64,000 bases of DNA from Candidatus Poribacteria bacterium (GCA_965218095.1 OZ244587.1:1824001-1888000); one strand, 5' to 3'; numbered from the stretch's first letter, positions 9,136-20,707 are shown. Translations and numbers: made by a program. Notes: a model not told the origin generated them from the sequence alone.

Positions 9136-10353
9136 ATGAAATTAGAAAATAAAAACGTTATTCTTGGCGTTACCGGCGGCATCGCCATCCATAAATCCCT
9201 CGACTTGGCGAGTCAATTGGTGAAGCGGGGTACTTCGGTGCATGTAGTCATGACGGAAAACGCCACACGTTTGGTGCAGCCGATCCAATTTCAGGTCATT
9301 TCCCGAAACCCCGTGCTGCTCGACCTCTTCGACCTCGGCTCCGATTGGAAACCGGTCCACATCGATCTCGCAGACAGAGCCGATCTGTTGGCAATCGTCC
9401 CGGCTACAGCAAACATTATCGGGAAAATGGCGAACGGCATCGCGGACAACGCGCTCTCCACCGTCGCGATCTCCGTCCACTGCCCGATCCTGCTCGCGCC
9501 GGCGATGGAACAACACATGTATGAGAACCCGTTTGTGGGGGCAAACATCCAAAGGCTGAAGGAACACGACGTGGAATTTGTCGCGCCTGTCAGTGGAGAC
9601 CTCGCCTCTGGCAAACAGGGGAGGGGACGGTTGAATACGGTCAAAATCATCCTTGAACGCATCACCCAATTGCTGAAAACGCCCAAGGACCTGCGGGGAA
9701 AGCGGGTGGTTGTTACGGCGGGGCCAACGCGGGAGTATCTCGACCCGGTCCGCTTTATCAGCAACCGGTCTAGTGGAAAGATGGGATACGCCTTCGCCGA
9801 AGCGGCGCAACATCGCGGGGCGGAGGTTCTCCTCATCAGCGGACCAGCGACATCGGAACCGCCCGCGGGCGTCGAAACTCAACATGTGGAAACCACGCTG
9901 GAGATGCAAGACGCAATCCTCGAAGTGTTCGATCAGACCGATATAGTGGTGATGGCCGCAGCCGTTGCCGATTATCGCCCGCAAGCGTTTTCTCCGAACA
10001 AAATCAAGAAAACAACCGATCGACTGACCATCTCACTCGAACAAAACCCTGATATTGCACAAGTGTTGGGACAACGAAAGAAGAAAGTCCAGATCACAGT
10101 TGGCTTTGCCGCTGAAACCAACGATCTGTTGGAAAACGCTCAACGGAAATTGATTAACAAGAACTTAGATCTGATTGCAGCAAATGATGTGCTTGCAGAA
10201 GGTGCGGGGTTTGAAGGCGACACGAACATTGTGACGCTGTTGGATCGGGAGGGGGTTTGCGAACAGCTACCCCTGCTTTCCAAGCGAGAGGTTGCTGATA
10301 GGATTTTAGACCGTGTGGTTGGGATGATAGAAAGAGGAAATTCGGGGAAATGA
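9136..10353 (+). CDS. coaBC: Bifunctional phosphopantothenoylcysteine decarboxylase / phosphopantothenate-cysteine ligase
   Basis: LGVTGGIA, PATANIIGK, TAGPTREYLDPVRFISNRSSGKMG, GFAAET. Confidence 0.97.
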   Translation: MKLENKNVILGVTGGIAIHKSLDLASQLVKRGTSVHVVMTENATRLVQPIQFQVISRNPVLLDLFDLGSDWKPVHIDLADRADLLAIVPATANIIGKMANGIADNALSTVAISVHCPILLAPAMEQHMYENPFVGANIQRLKEHDVEFVAPVSGDLASGKQGRGRLNTVKIILERITQLLKTPKDLRGKRVVVTAGPTREYLDPVRFISNRSSGKMGYAFAEAAQHRGAEVLLISGPATSEPPAGVETQHVETTLEMQDAILEVFDQTDIVVMAAAVADYRPQAFSPNKIKKTTDRLTISLEQNPDIAQVLGQRKKKVQITVGFAAETNDLLENAQRKLINKNLDLIAANDVLAEGAGFEGDTNIVTLLDREGVCEQLPLLSKREVADRILDRVVGMIERGNSGK

Positions 10354-11204
10354 CTCTCTACCAACAGGCTCATGAATTCCTCAAACGTACCGGCAGACAC
10401 CCCAACAAGAAACTCGGTCAGCACTTCCTGATTGATCCGCACGCCTTGCAGGAGATGGTCTGGGCAGCGAAATTGACAGATGCCGACTTTGTTTTGGAGA
10501 TTGGGGCCGGACTCGGATTTCTGACATCGGTGCTGGTGCCTACCGCTAAAAGGGTCGTTGCGGTTGAAATCGATGACTTTCTATACGCCGAATTGCAGCT
10601 CAAATTCTCAAAAATCCCGCATGTTATACTCCTGCAAGCGGATATTCTCAAACTTGATCTGTCCTCACTGCTGAATGGCTTTCCTTCCGAAAACACCAAA
10701 ATCGTCGCTAACCTGCCTTACTACATCACCACACCGATTCTCTGGGAGTTATTGAAGTGTCACAAGCAAATCGGTGACTGCGTGTTGACGATGCAGACAG
10801 AAGTTGCTGAACGAATCATTTCTCCGCCGGGGAACAAGCGTTATGGTGCGCTTTCAATTGGCGTGTCTTACTACGCCCAAGCCGAGATCGTCCAAACGAT
10901 TCCGCCGGATCGATTTTATCCCTCCCCACAGGTTCATTCCTCCGTCCTAAAACTCAAGATGCGTGACAGCCCTCAAGTTGCTGTCGAAGATGAAGCGTTA
11001 TTCTTTCGGATTGTTCGTGCTGCGTTTCAATCTCGACGCAAAATGTTACGAAACGCGCTTCTGAGAAGTGGCGTTCCTATTCCTGTGGATGCGCTCAATG
11101 TCGTTTTTGATCAACTCGCCATCGATCCGCAGCGACGTGGAGAAACGCTGGACATTGCTGAGTTTGCCACGCTTGCGAACGGTTTGAATCAGCAAATCGG
11201 CTAG
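10350..11204 (+). CDS. rsmA: 16S rRNA A1518/A1519 dimethyltransferase
   Basis: KKLGQHFL, EIGAGLG, ANLPYYITTPI; ATGA overlap with coaBC. Confidence 0.96.
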   Translation: MTLYQQAHEFLKRTGRHPNKKLGQHFLIDPHALQEMVWAAKLTDADFVLEIGAGLGFLTSVLVPTAKRVVAVEIDDFLYAELQLKFSKIPHVILLQADILKLDLSSLLNGFPSENTKIVANLPYYITTPILWELLKCHKQIGDCVLTMQTEVAERIISPPGNKRYGALSIGVSYYAQAEIVQTIPPDRFYPSPQVHSSVLKLKMRDSPQVAVEDEALFFRIVRAAFQSRRKMLRNALLRSGVPIPVDALNVVFDQLAIDPQRRGETLDIAEFATLANGLNQQIG

Positions 11205-11279
11205 AACACGGATTCATAGGATTACGCGGATGGATAAAAAATGACTACACTAACACTTCTGTAGACGAAACGGGTGGTT

Positions 11280-12857
11280 ATGAAAGGTCCGTATATATAC
11301 TTCCTTGTCTTGCTTGCGTTACTGTTGTTTGCTTGCTCACGCCCAATGCAGCTTTCATCGGCGATTCATGACGCATCATCGATTTATAACGCGGCTTCAG
11401 CCAAGCATTACCAACTGGCGCACGGGCAGATCCCATCCACTGACCCGGAGTGGGTTGCCTTGATTGAAGAATTCCAGCGTGCCATCAACGCGGATGCGGA
11501 AGGAGAGTGGGCGGACAGTGCGCACTACGCAATTGCTTCTTGCTGGATGTGGTTGGGACAAAGTACCGAACAGCCGTCTATTGACAATGCAATTGGTGCA
11601 TTCAAGAAACTGCTCCAAGATTACCCCAATTCAGCACACGCAGCGGAGGCCCACTACTGGCTAGGAGATTGCTATGATCGGCTTGGAGACTATGGTCGGG
11701 CGGTGACACACTATCAAACGGTGATTAGTCACTATCTCGACCACCCAATCGCCGACAAGGCACAGTTGCGGCTTGGCAGATCATACGAACGCCAATACTA
11801 CTTCACATTGGCTCGTATCACCTACGAAGCCCTCTCTCAGCGAAGCCAAGCGCCCCAAATTGTCGCTCAGGCGAAAAAACAGGTCTTACGCCTGCAGGCC
11901 AAACAAACGGGGGCTTCCACGCGTGCTGATTCACCACCTGAAATTGTGCCTCTGGAATCCCCTCAAGTTGCTCAGCCGAATCCATCCAAAATACCGCTGG
12001 AAATGATTAAGCCTTCCCCGGAACTGCCGAAAATGCCTCAACCTAGCACCAAGGCTGCGCCAATTCAGCCGCCACACGCTGACGGCAAAACTGTAACAGC
12101 GCTGAGTCCCATCGAACCTTCATCTGAACCACCGAAAACGCCAAAACCCGTTGCCGATCCGTCGCTGGTTCAGCAACTGGGCCTTGGCGTCAAAACTATC
12201 GTTATCGATCCGGGACACGGCGGCAAAGACCCTGGTGCCGTGAGTCGAATGGGGCAAGAAAAACGGATTGTGCTCAGTCTATCAAAAATGCTGCGCGAAA
12301 TCTTGGTTGAGAAGGGGTATCATGTGCGGCTGACGCGCAAGACCGATGTTTATATCCCGCTCAAAAAACGCACACAGTTTGCGACGAAGCAGGAAGCGGA
12401 TCTGTTCATCAGCATTCACGCCAACGCGAGCACCGCCCGTGATGCTGCCGGCATAGAAACCTACTACCTTGCACTCGCCTCCGATGAATCCGCCCAGTCC
12501 ACCGCCATGCGGGAAAACGTCGGAGCAAAGTACAGCATGAAGGAGCTTGATACGCTTGTGGGAAAAATCCTCAAGGAGAGCAAGAGTACGGAGAGTCGTC
12601 GGCTGGCACAGTTCATTCAAGAGCAGCTTACATCAGCAAAACAAGCGAAAGACCGGGGTGTAAAACATGCCCCTTTCGTTGTTCTCATCGGCACAAAAGT
12701 TCCCGCAGTGCTTGTTGAGGTGGGCTTTATATCGAATTCAAACGAAGGGAAGAAGCTCACTACAAAGGCGTACCAACGCCAGCTTGCAACAGCGATTGCC
12801 GAAGGGGTTGAGCAATACGTCAGAAGCATCCCGCTGGCAGTTGCGAATCAACCGTGA
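11280..12857 (+). CDS. N-acetylmuramoyl-L-alanine amidase (Amidase_3) with putative lipoprotein signal, TPR repeats and Pro-rich linker
   Basis: LLFAC lipobox-like sequence; TPR-like AEAHYWLGDCY; IDPGHGGKD, SIHAN, VEVGF. Confidence 0.9.
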   Translation: MKGPYIYFLVLLALLLFACSRPMQLSSAIHDASSIYNAASAKHYQLAHGQIPSTDPEWVALIEEFQRAINADAEGEWADSAHYAIASCWMWLGQSTEQPSIDNAIGAFKKLLQDYPNSAHAAEAHYWLGDCYDRLGDYGRAVTHYQTVISHYLDHPIADKAQLRLGRSYERQYYFTLARITYEALSQRSQAPQIVAQAKKQVLRLQAKQTGASTRADSPPEIVPLESPQVAQPNPSKIPLEMIKPSPELPKMPQPSTKAAPIQPPHADGKTVTALSPIEPSSEPPKTPKPVADPSLVQQLGLGVKTIVIDPGHGGKDPGAVSRMGQEKRIVLSLSKMLREILVEKGYHVRLTRKTDVYIPLKKRTQFATKQEADLFISIHANASTARDAAGIETYYLALASDESAQSTAMRENVGAKYSMKELDTLVGKILKESKSTESRRLAQFIQEQLTSAKQAKDRGVKHAPFVVLIGTKVPAVLVEVGFISNSNEGKKLTTKAYQRQLATAIAEGVEQYVRSIPLAVANQP

Positions 12858-13086
12858 ATAAGGCTCAGTATCTCAGGATTTGATATGAGACAGGAAGGGA
12901 ACCGGTAGGAAGCTTGGAAGAAAGAATGGCGTGAGTATAAGGATATAGGCCACACATGGACAGGAGTGTGTGAGGGGCGCTCTTTCTCGCTCCCTCGCTT
13001 CCCCGTGCTCGTCCGATCCCATCGGACTTACGCAGATTCTTACGTCGAACTCACGTGGTGTTAGACATTCCAGTGAATTTATCTTC

Positions 13087-14313
13087 CTACGCCATGAACG
13101 GGCCCTCCTTCTCAACTCGCTCGTAGATCCGTTCAAACTCTGACGAGCCATCGTCTTCCCACTTCTCGAAATTGATTCTCCGGATGGCACCTTCCTCATG
13201 GCCCGTCAACCTCTGGACGCTCAGCCCCCGAGAGGTGTAAATCTTGTGCCCGCCCGGCAGGGACAGAATGCCAACGATTCTGCCCGTCGTTAATGGCGTA
13301 CCCGAAGCGAACCGTACGATGGCATCATCATCCACTTCGACACCCAGACCTGGACCTTCAGGAACGGGAGAGAATCCCTCGATCACCGGAATTTGTTCCG
13401 TCGTGATGTCCTCATCGTACTGGTCATCAAGAACTATCGTGTGCGCCGTTGCGGTCGGGAGGACAGCAGCCTGGTGTAGGGTCAACGCCTTCATGAGCGT
13501 GCCGCCGCTTTGCTGTATGAGCGTTTGAATGTTTGCCTGACCATAAGCAAATCCTTTCATCAAAGTATCTCCGATACGGCCCCCGATCATATAAATGTCG
13601 GCACAGCCCTGGATGACTTCTTGGATACCACCGAGTTGTGGAACGTGCATGATGAGGGGGATGCGCGTCTTCTCGCGCAATTTTCGCCAGCCATCGATAT
13701 CCGTCCACGGAAGGGGGTCTTCGATGTAGCCAACGATGGGATGGTTTTTCTCCAGTTCGTTGATGATGGGCAGGACTACCGCCAGGCTGCGGTTGTGGTT
13801 GAAGTCCCAGTGGATCTTAAAGCTTGGCGGTGCGACTTCTTCAGCGAGGCGCGTCTGCTCAATGACATCGTACAATGCGCTGGAGTGCATCTTAAAGATG
13901 GTGTAACCTCCAGCCGCCGCTCGACGGATTTCATCGCGGAAGACCTCTGGCGGACACGGCCGAGTCCATGCCCCCACAGAAACGGCATCTCGTACCTTTT
14001 GTCCCATCAGTTTGTAGGCCGGGACTTCGAGGTGTTTTCCCATCACATCGTAGAGCGCCATGCCCAGCGCCATGTTGAAATCGTTATGGAGAAAGTCAAA
14101 CGGGCTGCGGCCGATGAGGGACTCGATAATCGACTGAGGAATTGGATTGGGATCATCCTCATAGTCACCGTAGCCAACTAGCCCATTGTCTGTGTGGATC
14201 TTGATAACCAAGTGTTCGTCTATGTTCCCCATGCGGACGCGTCCATGATGATTATCGTAGCGTTTTGCAAGGGGCATAACAATCGGGATAGCTTCAATGT
14301 CGGTGATTTTCAT
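13087..14313 (-). CDS. Mandelate racemase/muconate lactonizing enzyme (enolase superfamily)
   Basis: MKITDIEAI, MALYDVMGKHLEVPAYKLMG, WDFN, YIEDP, PEGPGLGVE. Confidence 0.88.
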   Translation of the reverse strand: MKITDIEAIPIVMPLAKRYDNHHGRVRMGNIDEHLVIKIHTDNGLVGYGDYEDDPNPIPQSIIESLIGRSPFDFLHNDFNMALGMALYDVMGKHLEVPAYKLMGQKVRDAVSVGAWTRPCPPEVFRDEIRRAAAGGYTIFKMHSSALYDVIEQTRLAEEVAPPSFKIHWDFNHNRSLAVVLPIINELEKNHPIVGYIEDPLPWTDIDGWRKLREKTRIPLIMHVPQLGGIQEVIQGCADIYMIGGRIGDTLMKGFAYGQANIQTLIQQSGGTLMKALTLHQAAVLPTATAHTIVLDDQYDEDITTEQIPVIEGFSPVPEGPGLGVEVDDDAIVRFASGTPLTTGRIVGILSLPGGHKIYTSRGLSVQRLTGHEEGAIRRINFEKWEDDGSSEFERIYERVEKEGPFMA

Positions 14314-14668
14314 AGTGGACTCCTATTTTGACTTTGTTAATTTGCCACCAGTGGATCTGCCGACGTGTCGGCGCCACTGATTTTGAATTTCTTGCGCTTT
14401 CAGACATTCAACAAAAGTTCTCCACCGGTTATTGATGGGCTCCTTTAGGCGTTGTATTTAATTTTGGGGGTTGTAACGCGCCGATAGTATGTTGAAGATC
14501 CTTCTCTCGCTGTTCTAAAGTTTCTATTTGGCGGCGTAATACCGCGTCGTGCTAATGTAAAATACAGTTGAGCCCAATCGGCGTTAACGCCAAAAGGACA
14601 CTGAAAATCAGCCAATGAAACACTTTTTCGCGTATATTTTAACCTGCTTACCTAGTTGAAGGCAAGGC

Positions 14669-16570
14669 TCATTGTGAAGCATCTTTTCGCACAACGATAA
14701 GCCTGCCCTGTCGTACATCAAAAGATAGCGTGGTATACGTCTTCCCGTTCGCATGCCAATGGTCTTGGGGGAGTTGCTCACCGTTTACAGTATTCCACTC
14801 CTCAACTGTCGCTTCCCATTGAATCTCGATCAGCGTCTCAATCGGACGTTCGCCGCGATTAAACAGGTAGAAAAGATCTAAATTTTCCGATTGGCGGTAT
14901 TGGACAGCAATTGCGTGCGTTGGGGCATTATCGGGTTTGACGTAAACCTGTATCGGTGGCTTAATTCGTTTCCGCAGGAGCCTTTCGAGACTCGCCACTT
15001 TTTCGTCAGTCGTTCCACGCAGGGTAGACGTGCGCCATCGATAAAGCAGTCGTTCAAGTGGGTAGGGGTCAATGCCAATTCGACCGTTGAGAAGGTATGG
15101 GACGGGATCCATAGTGATCAGCCTGCCGCGAACCTTGACTTCCTTAACAAACCGGGTCAACACCCCCACCGTTCCCTCCTGAAGGGATAAACAGCATGGT
15201 AGCAAAATCAATGGATAAGATTCTTCGTTAAGGCGCAATGCACGAGCGCCTTTATCTATTTCCGCTGCGGCGAGCACTGTTTCTGAGGCTATATCAAAGT
15301 CATATCCAAGTTCCCAGACAGTTTGACAGAGCCAGCTCCATTCCTTCGCGATCCAATTCCACGTTTTCGGATCGGGTTTCGTCCATAAACTGTGTACCGG
15401 CGAGACGATGAGAACCGATCGCTTGGGAACACCGATTGACAAAAATCGGTTGAGGTGATTTTGCGTTAAAACGCCTCCCCTGTGAAATCGAGGCTTTGCG
15501 TTGTGATTAACGGCAAACATCCATGAATTGAACCCCAGTACGCTATCGCCGGCGGACAGCTCGGCCCCGTGCTCTAGGCTTGAATCAGACCGGCAAATGC
15601 TGATTTGTCCTAATCGCTCCGAATGCAATGCACTGGTAATCTGCTTAGCAATTAAGAACTGCTTTGGTTTGTCGAGGTTATCGGTACTGAGGATGGGGCG
15701 ATCGGCAGCGTTCAGAATTCCCCCGACATCGACTTCTAACGCTATTGCGGTCGCTGGGAAGTTGACTGCGAATTGGAGGTTCCATTGATGACAAAATTCC
15801 TTCAACCCTCCAACGCAAACCTTCGCAAACTGCTGAGTCAGTCGCTCCCAAAAACGACTGCGAATCGTCGCCGAGTCGTAGGTTTCGTAACAGATTAACG
15901 GTAGGTGAGATAGAGGTTCTGCACCCAAGACCACTCCAAACGCATCGCTCCAGGGAATCGCCAGCGGCGGCGATCTGAGAGGGGAAAGAAAGGTGGGAAA
16001 CTCGCAGCAGAAACCCACAACCGGACGCCCTATAAAACCCGCGAATTGGTGGATATATTCCTTCAGAATGCGATGTGCGATTTCATGAACACCGTCCCGG
16101 CTCAACAGATCATTCGCCTGTATCTCCGTTTGATGAAGGCGAAAGATTGTTCGCCCTTTCAGCCTGTCCGCAATGGAGAGATCCCCGCCCACACAACGCT
16201 GTATGTAATCGGTTATATCATAGCAGGGCGCTTCTGCATTCGTTTGGGCGAGGAGGTAAATGCGGTTAAATGCCTGAGAAGGCGACCACCACTGGCGCAG
16301 TTGACTATGGATGGCTTCTCTGCTCTCGGTCTGATGGAATGTATGTTCAGCGAAGTTTAACCAAAAGCGCGTTTGATTTGTCACGGAATCAAGAAAGATC
16401 CACACAGCCATTCCCTCGCGGTTCAACTGCTGGAGCTTTACGCGATGGGCTTCGATTTTTTTCAGGGTGACGAAACGAGGCAATCCGAGCAATATCTCTC
16501 CTCGAATCATTGCAGAATCTCTCGAATTAGAGACGTTATCCATATATTTTCTCACCACTGCCTCCATCAA
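14669..16570 (-). CDS. Hypothetical protein, possibly a divergent GH106/alpha-L-rhamnosidase-like glycosidase
   Basis: 633-aa ORF; LGYDFDIASE, YPLILLP, LFYLFN and EEWNTVNG segments resemble the C-terminal half of GH106-like enzymes. Confidence 0.5.
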   Translation of the reverse strand: MMEAVVRKYMDNVSNSRDSAMIRGEILLGLPRFVTLKKIEAHRVKLQQLNREGMAVWIFLDSVTNQTRFWLNFAEHTFHQTESREAIHSQLRQWWSPSQAFNRIYLLAQTNAEAPCYDITDYIQRCVGGDLSIADRLKGRTIFRLHQTEIQANDLLSRDGVHEIAHRILKEYIHQFAGFIGRPVVGFCCEFPTFLSPLRSPPLAIPWSDAFGVVLGAEPLSHLPLICYETYDSATIRSRFWERLTQQFAKVCVGGLKEFCHQWNLQFAVNFPATAIALEVDVGGILNAADRPILSTDNLDKPKQFLIAKQITSALHSERLGQISICRSDSSLEHGAELSAGDSVLGFNSWMFAVNHNAKPRFHRGGVLTQNHLNRFLSIGVPKRSVLIVSPVHSLWTKPDPKTWNWIAKEWSWLCQTVWELGYDFDIASETVLAAAEIDKGARALRLNEESYPLILLPCCLSLQEGTVGVLTRFVKEVKVRGRLITMDPVPYLLNGRIGIDPYPLERLLYRWRTSTLRGTTDEKVASLERLLRKRIKPPIQVYVKPDNAPTHAIAVQYRQSENLDLFYLFNRGERPIETLIEIQWEATVEEWNTVNGEQLPQDHWHANGKTYTTLSFDVRQGRLIVVRKDASQ

Positions 16571-16593
16571 GTCACCCGAATTTGCGCGAGAAA

Positions 16594-17109
16594 TTAATCA
16601 ATTTCGAAAGTCGCGAGTGCATCGGGAAGTGCTCTAAAATCGAGAATGGTTCGGTACATTTTTCCGATCCTCACTTCATCCGAACACTCGTTAAACCACA
16701 CACTTCGAATTCCTGACTGATTTGCCCCGAGCACATCCTGCTCAAAGTCATCACCCACCATAATGATGCCCGATCTGTCCATCCGAAGGTCCGCGATAAT
16801 GTAATCAAAGAATCTTGGCGACGGCTTACGATGACCGATATTATGGAAACAATACACCTTGTCCAATAATGAATGCAGATCTGCCCGACCCAGCGCTTCC
16901 CAAATGTCCGCCTTATCCGAATCTGCTGCATTTGTAGCAAGAGCAAGCGTCCATCGTGGACGAAGTCCGATGAATACATCTTTGACGTTAGCAAGGTCCT
17001 CAACACGTGGCCAGGTAACCATTGAACCGCTAAACTCTGGAAAGTCCCGCATCAAGGTATTGCCCCAATCAAAGAGGATACATTGACTTTCCCTTCGTAT
17101 TCCTGACAT
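16594..17109 (-). CDS. HAD-superfamily hydrolase
   Basis: LFDWGNTL, ATN, KPSP, MVGDDFEQDVLGA. Confidence 0.88.
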   Translation of the reverse strand: MSGIRRESQCILFDWGNTLMRDFPEFSGSMVTWPRVEDLANVKDVFIGLRPRWTLALATNAADSDKADIWEALGRADLHSLLDKVYCFHNIGHRKPSPRFFDYIIADLRMDRSGIIMVGDDFEQDVLGANQSGIRSVWFNECSDEVRIGKMYRTILDFRALPDALATFEID

Positions 17110-17301
17110 TTTCGCCCTCCGGGTATCGCAACCGATTCCTAAACATCGAAGATGATTTTCCGTCTGAGTGAATAAAGCCAGCAATTTGACGCTAATTTAC
17201 ACAAAAAGTGCAATCCGCGATATCCGTGGCATCAGCGTTCCGTAATTGAGAGGTTATTCTATCACACGCAGTTTAACGCAACAAGAAAAAAGGGACATCC
17301 G

Positions 17302-18548
17302 ATGAGACTGTTAGAAGGGGTAATCACAGCATTTTCAATTTTACTGTCGAACAAGTTGAGGTCATTTCTGACGATGTTAGGAATCGTTATCGGCATTGCG
17401 GGTGTCATTGCGATGATGTCCTTCGGGGCGGGCGCCAAAAGCATCCTAGCATCCTGATGTGGGAGGTTGAAAAGGTCAGCGGACCAAGCATATTCGGGGT
17501 CTATCGGCTCAGTTGGATTCGTAGAAACGCAAAGTGGGTGCGAAATCCAAGCAAGCACTACCTGACAATGGCAGATGTGCGAGCGATCCAAACCGAGTGT
17601 CCCTCCGTTGATGTGGCGACCCCAGAAGTCGATGATACAGCGACGGTTTCGGTCGAAGGAAAACGTAAGTATTCTCGGATGCAAGCCACAACTTATGAGT
17701 ATCAGATTGCACGGAAATGGTACAATGGATATGGCAGGTTCTTGTCTCATGATGATCTGAGCCTCTGGAGCAAGGTCTGCGTGATTGGTGAGGAGATCTG
17801 GAGAGACCTATTCGCGGGGCTCGACCCAATCGGAAGAGAGCTAAAGATTAACAATCAACGTTTTACTGTTGTGGGCATTATGGAGTCCAGAGGGAAGGGA
17901 CTCGATCCGGATAATAGTGAAGACAACCAGGTGTTTGTTCCGATCACCACAGCGCAGACCCGCTTTTGGGGGAATGATCATGTCGAGCATATTTTGATCT
18001 GGGCGAAGGATTACCAATCCGTTGATCAGGCAGTAAACGAAGTCAAGACGGTCTTGAAGCGAAATCATGCCGGGGAAGAGTTTTTTGAGACATGGATGAT
18101 GAAGGAGGAGTTGAAATCTGCCAACAGGATTATTATAATTATTGAACTCATTCTCGTCGTGATTGCCTCTGTTTCTTTGATTGTTGGCGGGATTGGCATC
18201 CTGAATATCATGCTAGTGTCCGTGATGGAGCGCATCCCTGAAATTGGACTCCGTAAGGCTGTCGGCGCAAAGAGCATGGACATACGCGTGCAGTTTCTCA
18301 TTGAATCCGTCATTCTGTGTCTTATCGGCAGCCTAATCGGAATCGCTTTGGGAGCGTTAATGGGCTACGGCTTTGCGTGGGCAGTCAGCAAATTTATGAA
18401 GGACTTTATTGAGTGGCCCTCCGTAATTACGCTCCAATCCGTGTTAGCCGCTGTATTCGCTGGTGGAGGTGTTGGCATCTTTTTCGGGTACTATCCGGCA
18501 AGCCGAGCGGCGAAACTTACGCCGATTGAGGCGCTGAGACACACATAG
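17302..18548 (+). pseudogene. MacB/FtsX-type ABC transporter permease, frameshifted by an 8-bp duplication
   Basis: MRLLEG...NKLRSFLTMLGIVIGIAGVIAM then AGCATCCT x2 (17440-17455); removing one copy restores the frame into ...VMERIPEIGLRKAVGA...PIEALRHT. Confidence 0.88.
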
Positions 18549-18558
18549 TGCGTCTATG

Positions 18559-19558
18559 TTATTCCAATTTCTCCAGCAATTCGGTAATCTGCTCTGGTGT
18601 CGGTAGCTGACCTTTCAATTCTTGGGGCAGCGTTGAAATGATCCGATAGGCGGCTACACCGATGGGTTTGTTTGATTCCCTCAAGGCGTATTCGACGATA
18701 GTTTTATCCTTCGATTTACAAAGGATAATGCCGATTGAAGCATTTTCGTCATCCAGCCGTATCTTGTCATCTAACACCGCCAAGTAAAATTGCATCTTGC
18801 CGACGTATTCTGGGAAAAACTCACCAATCTTCAAGTCCAGCACCACCAAACATTTCAGATGGCGGTGATACAGCGTCGCCAATCTCCAGACGATGCTGAC
18901 TGCCGATGAAACAGAACATTCCACCCATTTCGCGCAAGAAGAGTTCTACTTTTGAGAGCAAGGCTTGTTCCAACTGGCGTTCGGTATGTTCGTCGCCCAA
19001 TTCCAGAAAGCCGAAAGTGTACCCGTCCTTCACCGCCAGCTTGGCTTGATTGCGAATTTCGTCCGAGAGAGTCTGCTCAAAATTGGTCTGATTGAGCAAG
19101 GTTTTCTCGTAAGTCTGGTTCTCGATCTGATGAATTAGTACATTCTTTGTCCAACCAAATTTTCGGGTCATACGAAGGTAGAATTCGCGCTCAAGATCAT
19201 CCTTGCATTTTTCCATGATGACCATGTTTTTTGACCAGCTAATTTCTCGCACCAATGGTGCGAGTTTTTCATGATGAGCGCAGGTTTCATAGAAATGCTT
19301 CATGCGCCAGAGATTTGCAGCGGAGAAGCCACTAATACCGGGAAACTCTGCCCGTAGATCTTTTGCCAGATTTTTCACCACTGACTTGCCCTAGGTTTCC
19401 CCTCGCTGGCGTTCGACGATTATCTCCCCGATGTCCCAATAAAGTGAGATGAGTTCCTTGTTTACCGTTTTCAGCGCCTCGTATTGTGCGGAACGAATGC
19501 GTTGTTTGATCTCGATCAGGAGATCTTTGTAATCATTAGAAGCAATTAAATCACTCAT
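18559..19558 (-). pseudogene. YhcG/DUF1016 PD-(D/E)xK nuclease-domain protein
   Basis: LYWDIG...GFSAANL...DLKIGEFFPEYVGKMQFYL...IGIILCK; in-frame TAG at 19391-19393 and a deletion/frameshift near 18875. Confidence 0.87.
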
Positions 19559-19597
19559 TTGGCGTCCTCCATTTCTTTCTGCAATTTTCGTTAAGCG

Positions 19598-20707
19598 TTA
19601 TCCGTTGCACTCAAGGCGAAATGGATCTAGCGACATCGACGGATTTCCACTTGTGATCAATTCGCAGATCAGTTTGCCCGTAATCGGCGCAAGGAGGATA
19701 CCGGTTTTGAAATGCCCCGATGCAATAATCACATTGTCGAAGCCGGACAGTTTTCCAAGATACGGGTCACCCTTCGCATAAGGACGCAGCCCCACCCATG
19801 TCTGCACAAAAGATCTCTCCGCAAGCGCCGGCACCAATGCAATACCAGCTTCAATCATCTGTCGTGTGCCTTCCAGTGTTGTCCGCTTGTCATAGCCTAC
19901 AAATTCGACCGTGGCACCAATCAATATCTTTCCATCAGACCGTGGGACCAGGTAAACCCCTCGCCCGTTGATGACGTGCCCCAGGATTGGCGGCATCACC
20001 TCAACTAACACAATCTGCCCACGCGCCGGCTCAATCGACAGCGAGTAGCCAAGCAGCGCAGCAATTCCGCCCGACCAGCACCCCGAGGCGATCGCGAAGG
20101 TATCTCCATAATGTGCTTCTCCGTTAACTTCGACCCCAGTAACACGGTCCCCTTCTCGCAAAAATGAGGTGACAGGATTCCCGAACAGAAATTCCGTCCC
20201 CAACAGCGCTGCCCCTTTCGCAAGCGCTCGCACAAGTTTGGGATTTCTGACCTGGGCATCGTGAGGAAAACGAACACCCCCGACAACTGACTTTGAGATT
20301 GCAGGCTCTAATTCCCACACCTGCGCTGCTGTCAACGCCTCTGCTGAGAAGCCGCGATCAAGCCGCCGCTCTGCCAATCCTGTTAATCCTTGCTTTTCTT
20401 CATCGGTGAAGCATACGGCAATCGAGCCGGATCGCACAAACTCAATGTCAATCTGCGTTTCCTCTTTTAACGCCTCTGCCAGCGCTGGATAAAGCGCCAG
20501 ACTCGCGCGGCAGAGCTCGGCGTAAGGCTCACGTGTCGATGCATGGGAAGCCAGGATTCCTGCCCCCGCCCATGATGCCTCTCTGCCAACACTATCGGCT
20601 TTATCAATAACCAGTGTCTTCACTTTTGCCCTGGCGAGGTTATAGGCAATGGCGCAGCCAATTACACCACCACCAATGATAACCACATCTGCCTTGTTGC
20701 TGCTCAA
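19598..20707 (-). CDS. thiO: Glycine oxidase (FAD-dependent)
   Basis: IIGGGVIG, ASWAGAGIL, PARGQ, YLVPR, GLRP, GHFKTGILLAP. Confidence 0.88.
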   Translation of the reverse strand: MSSNKADVVIIGGGVIGCAIAYNLARAKVKTLVIDKADSVGREASWAGAGILASHASTREPYAELCRASLALYPALAEALKEETQIDIEFVRSGSIAVCFTDEEKQGLTGLAERRLDRGFSAEALTAAQVWELEPAISKSVVGGVRFPHDAQVRNPKLVRALAKGAALLGTEFLFGNPVTSFLREGDRVTGVEVNGEAHYGDTFAIASGCWSGGIAALLGYSLSIEPARGQIVLVEVMPPILGHVINGRGVYLVPRSDGKILIGATVEFVGYDKRTTLEGTRQMIEAGIALVPALAERSFVQTWVGLRPYAKGDPYLGKLSGFDNVIIASGHFKTGILLAPITGKLICELITSGNPSMSLDPFRLECNG

